IMG/VR virus record: IMGVR_UViG_2061766007_004243
Origin: an uncultured virus (IMG/VR IMGVR_UViG_2061766007_004243)
Taxonomy: Duplodnaviria; Heunggongvirae; Uroviricota; Caudoviricetes
Strand: one strand, 5' to 3'
Length of the DNA stretch: 20,000 bases
Made by a program: the position numbers and the translations under genes. Below, piece after piece: positions 17,094 through 20,000 of this stretch. Each line of letters opens with the position of its first letter. Position 1 is the first letter of the stretch. Below the pieces are notes generated by a model, which worked only from the letters and a program-made list of their open reading frames with translations, ran no database searches and was not told the DNA's origin.

Positions 17094-17456
17094 ATGGATT
17101 TTATTAAATTTGAGTTCCCTCTCCAGCGCATCAATGGCGAAGAATATATCGTTGGTTTGGACGATGCCGGCGTTCTTAAACATAGAAGAAAGCATCTGGG
17201 GCTGACACAGCAGCAGGTAGCAAAGTTGGCAGGTATACAGGTCAAGCAATACCAGCGGCTCGAATCCGGCGAGCGCAACATTATGGGAGCCAGCATGCGC
17301 ATTGGGTTGTCCATATGCGCTGTGCTCAAACTCGATCCATACAGTTTTATCGGGACCGCGGAGAGCATGAACAAAGCGATCAAAGTGACCAAGATCACAC
17401 CCGATCGGCTGCCTGATATGCAAATAGATTTTGACGATCGGCCCGGGAAGGGGTAG
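17094..17456 (+). CDS. XRE-family helix-turn-helix regulator (5' end duplicated at 16970-17070 across a gap)
   Basis: LKHRRKHLGLTQQQVAKLAGIQVKQYQRLESGER. Confidence 0.9.
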   Translation: MDFIKFEFPLQRINGEEYIVGLDDAGVLKHRRKHLGLTQQQVAKLAGIQVKQYQRLESGERNIMGASMRIGLSICAVLKLDPYSFIGTAESMNKAIKVTKITPDRLPDMQIDFDDRPGKG

Positions 17457-17580
17457 ATGCTCAAGTTTTCTATTTCTTGAGCATCTGGGTTTTTGCGTCA
17501 AAACTGTTAGATTTACGTCGCTACTCGACAAGAAATCGTATGTTTTACTCCCAAAAACCGTAGATGCTCAAGATGCTCAA
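17455..17580. repeat. Four AGATGCTCAA(G) copies (one inverted pair, one overlapping tandem pair)
   Basis: 17455-17465 (+), 17476-17486 (-), 17562-17572 (+), 17571-17580 (+). Confidence 0.8.
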
Positions 17581-17620
17581 CTTTCCCCCACTCCATAGTT
17601 GATCATGTGCGAGGTATAAC

Positions 17621-18688
17621 ATGGAAAAGTCTGTCACTAAACCGTTTCACGCTGACATCGAGCCCGGTTCGCCGGAGGACTACAGGCTCACAAAATTCTC
17701 GTCGGTTCAGGATGACCCGCCGAGCTGGTTGTGGGCTCCCTTCATTCCGTTTGGACATTTGACGATTGTCCAAGGCTGCCCCGGAAGTGGGAAATCATCC
17801 ATGCTTCTGGATATCATTGCGAGAGCAAGCAAAGGCAGAATGATGCCGGATGGCAGCAGACTGGATAAGCCAATAACATCCATTTATCAGTGTCTGGAAG
17901 CAGGCAAAGCTAGTGTCACGAAGCAAATGCTGCTCAACTCGGGTGCAGACCTTGACGCCGTTTCGTTTATTGAAGGAGCCGATCTGACCATCAACGATAC
18001 ACGCATACAAAGAGCGGTTCGGGAAACAAGCGCTAAGATCCTTGTGATCGATCCCATACAAAACTATCTGAGAGGCAATATGTCTTCAGCTCAAAGGCTC
18101 CGCATGGAGCTGGCTCCCATTTGCAGTTTTGCAGCGGAAACGGATTGCGCCGTCATTCTCGTCGGTCATTTCACAAAGAAGAGGTCAGCCAAAGCGCTGT
18201 ATCGGGGAATGGGCAGTGTAGACTTATCCGCCATTGTCAGGAGCATGATTCATGTTTTCAAAGTTAATGATCACTCCTCGCTCAGATACATAAGACAAAT
18301 CAAGTGCAACGACGCTATGCAGGGTGAAGACTTTGCTTATGAAATCGTTGGATTAGGCGATGTAAAATGGATAGGCCCATGTGACCCGGAAGAATTGGAT
18401 GATCTGGAAGAACAGGCAAAGGCACCAAATCCGGGGAAGTTAAATGAAGCCATGCTGTATATGCGTAATATGCTCAAAGGTCATGTAGTCTGCGCCATTG
18501 ACGCGATGGCAGAGATGCTGTCGCAGGGTTTCTCAACAGCTACCATACGCAGGGCTAAAAGGGAACTGGGCGTTCGATCTGTGCGTCAGTCTGATAAGCG
18601 CTGGGTGTGGGTACTGGAAGAGGAACGAATACCACATACCGGACGGAGGTCCAGCAAAGCGCGTTTTTCATGCCGCACGGAAAATTAA
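17621..18688 (+). CDS. AAA_25 (RecA/RepA-like) ATPase
   Basis: WLWAPFIPFGHLTIVQGCPGSGKS (Walker A), ILVIDP (Walker B), VILVGH, YRGMGS; C-terminal HTH-like STATIRRAKRELGVRS. Confidence 0.88.
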   Translation: MEKSVTKPFHADIEPGSPEDYRLTKFSSVQDDPPSWLWAPFIPFGHLTIVQGCPGSGKSSMLLDIIARASKGRMMPDGSRLDKPITSIYQCLEAGKASVTKQMLLNSGADLDAVSFIEGADLTINDTRIQRAVRETSAKILVIDPIQNYLRGNMSSAQRLRMELAPICSFAAETDCAVILVGHFTKKRSAKALYRGMGSVDLSAIVRSMIHVFKVNDHSSLRYIRQIKCNDAMQGEDFAYEIVGLGDVKWIGPCDPEELDDLEEQAKAPNPGKLNEAMLYMRNMLKGHVVCAIDAMAEMLSQGFSTATIRRAKRELGVRSVRQSDKRWVWVLEEERIPHTGRRSSKARFSCRTEN

Positions 18689-18813
18689 ATGCGAGCATGA
18701 GAAGAAAAGTCTGTAAACAAGAGAAAACCGAGGCCTTCTGTGATAGAAGAATAATTCATAGGAGGCCTTGATTATGACAAGCAAGAAGAAAGGATATTAC
18801 AAGCCTGGACTCG

Positions 18814-18903
18814 GCGAACATCTACACGCACGTTAGGGACGAGATGCTGAAGAAGGCGACGGTGAACATGGGAGAAGTGTTCGGGAGCAGGGAGAAGGGC
18901 TGA
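18814..18903 (+). pseudogene. 3' remnant of a tyrosine recombinase/integrase
   Basis: Frame reads ANIYTHVRDEMLKKATVNMGEVFGSREKG-stop (catalytic-Tyr 'IYTH' box); no upstream start in frame. Confidence 0.55.
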
Positions 18904-18923
18904 CAGGCTGGAATTATGACGGT

Positions 18924-18948
18924 TCCGGGCGTTTTGCCCGGATTCTTT
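18924..18948 (+). terminator. Possible intrinsic terminator
   Basis: TCCGGGC-GTTTT-GCCCGGA followed by TTCTTT. Confidence 0.4.
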
Positions 18949-18958
18949 GCGTTTTGGA

Positions 18959-18987
18959 TTGAAAAAGCAGTTGGAAAATGGTATAAT
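18959..18987 (+). promoter_or_regulatory. Sigma-70-type promoter
   Basis: TTGAAA-N17-TATAAT with TG extension. Confidence 0.6.
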
Positions 18988-19107
18988 GCAGAAAAAGCGA
19001 AAGATTTAAAAAAGAATTAACAGAGAATTTGTCTCGTTTTGGGCTTGAAAACTGTCTTTATATATAGAAGATCATCTTCAAAACAAAAAGGGAAAGGGAG
19101 CACGAAT

Positions 19108-19581
19108 ATGAAAAGGATGGCGGCTTTACTGCTTGCGTTAGTAATGTGCTTAAGCATCTCTGCCTTGGGCGAAGAGGAACTGATCGGGTCCTGGTTGGAA
19201 GACTATAGTTTTATACTAGATAACGAAGCATTAGGCACAATCAAAGTTTTGGCAAACAGTAAGACTTTTGCACTGCCATTACTAGGAGTCTATACTCTCA
19301 TTGGTTCGGACGTACAGTATGAAGGTTCTGACATAACCATTAGTTATGAAAACGAAAAATTGACTATTGAAGTATATAAAAAGACTGTGCTCAATGAATG
19401 TGGTGAACAGTTGCTTTGGCTACCTCCAGGAGGAACATACGAAATAAGACTTTGGATAGATGATGATATGTACGTGGATGAAGATTCACTTTTTGCATTG
19501 CTGTTTGACACAACTGACTGGGCTTTTCAAATTGATAAAATCAACCATGAAGTAATATTTCAGAAAAGGAGTCAAAGTTGA
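19108..19581 (+). CDS. Secreted hypothetical protein
   Basis: Signal peptide MKRMAALLLALVMCLSISALG; GGGAG RBS; AT-rich. Confidence 0.75.
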   Translation: MKRMAALLLALVMCLSISALGEEELIGSWLEDYSFILDNEALGTIKVLANSKTFALPLLGVYTLIGSDVQYEGSDITISYENEKLTIEVYKKTVLNECGEQLLWLPPGGTYEIRLWIDDDMYVDEDSLFALLFDTTDWAFQIDKINHEVIFQKRSQS

Positions 19582-19806
19582 ACACGATCTTGCTCGCCGG
19601 AACCTCGTCAGTGTGTCGGAGGTATCCACGAATAGACGCCCTCTTCCTTCCCCGCGCAAACCGGTGCGAAGGTGAGACACAGATGGGCTGGAAAAGTGTC
19701 ACGGAATGGGCGCGGAAAGTGCTATAATGTAAAAGCCACCCTCTCTGTTTTCCCGCGCAAGGCGAAAGAGGAAAAGGAAATCTAAACGATTCTCGANNNN
19801 NNNNNN

Positions 19807-19984
19807 CAATTTTTTTATGCTTTTTTCCGAAAACGTCCCCTTTTGGCATTTCCCGTGGCTACAAGAGGGAGGCCCGAANNNNNNNNNNTGGCATCGCTTT
19901 CGGGCGGTGCCAACTTTTTTTATGCTTTTTTTCAGAAAACGTCCCCTTTGGGCATTTCCCGTGGCTACAAGAGGGAGGCCCAAA
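19807..19984 (+). repeat. Two ~72-nt direct repeats containing CGTCCCCTTT-GGCATTTCCCGTGGCTACAAGAGGGAGG
   Basis: Copies at about 19807-19878 and 19911-19984, separated by a gap plus ~22 nt of unique sequence; a few mismatches. Confidence 0.75.
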
Positions 19985-20000
19985 ACGTATCGCACTGTTA

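Noticed and set aside
16958..17194. Duplicated 5' end of the XRE gene
   Set aside because: 113-nt overlap on either side of a gap with 2 substitutions; most likely an assembly or strain artefact.

Overview
A gappy scaffold (12 N-runs) that looks like a Firmicutes/Clostridia prophage-type element. Left: an IS110 (DEDD recombinase) element on the + strand, with a strongly structured upstream non-coding end (bridge-RNA candidate) and a structured right end. It sits next to a gap-truncated phage-type SAM synthetase (metK-like) and a NUMOD4-HNH endonuclease. A minus-strand block runs hypothetical -> primase/DUF3987 -> origin-like inverted repeat -> YozE-like -> VRR-NUC -> SNF2 helicase. It continues into three RinA/ArpU-like (DUF1492) activator copies interleaved with three paralogues of a ~140-aa protein I do not recognise, and ends at a late-type promoter. 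A divergent plus-strand block carries a small ORF, an 'rrp5'-like protein, DUF2800 nuclease, DUF2815 SSB and family A DNA polymerase. After it come an XRE regulator, an AAA_25 ATPase, an integrase 3' remnant and a secreted protein. Most notable: (1) the SNF2 helicase Walker A is split by a 7-nt GGT-TGA-G-GGC gap that a Gly-to-Gly ribosomal hop would repair exactly; (2) the IS110 bridge-RNA-like fold; (3) the activator/unknown-protein array; (4) back-to-back replication blocks sharing a 3-copy ACCGGAAAAA-N7-TTTGGCTACATA motif. Family names come from my recognition of motifs, not from database searches.
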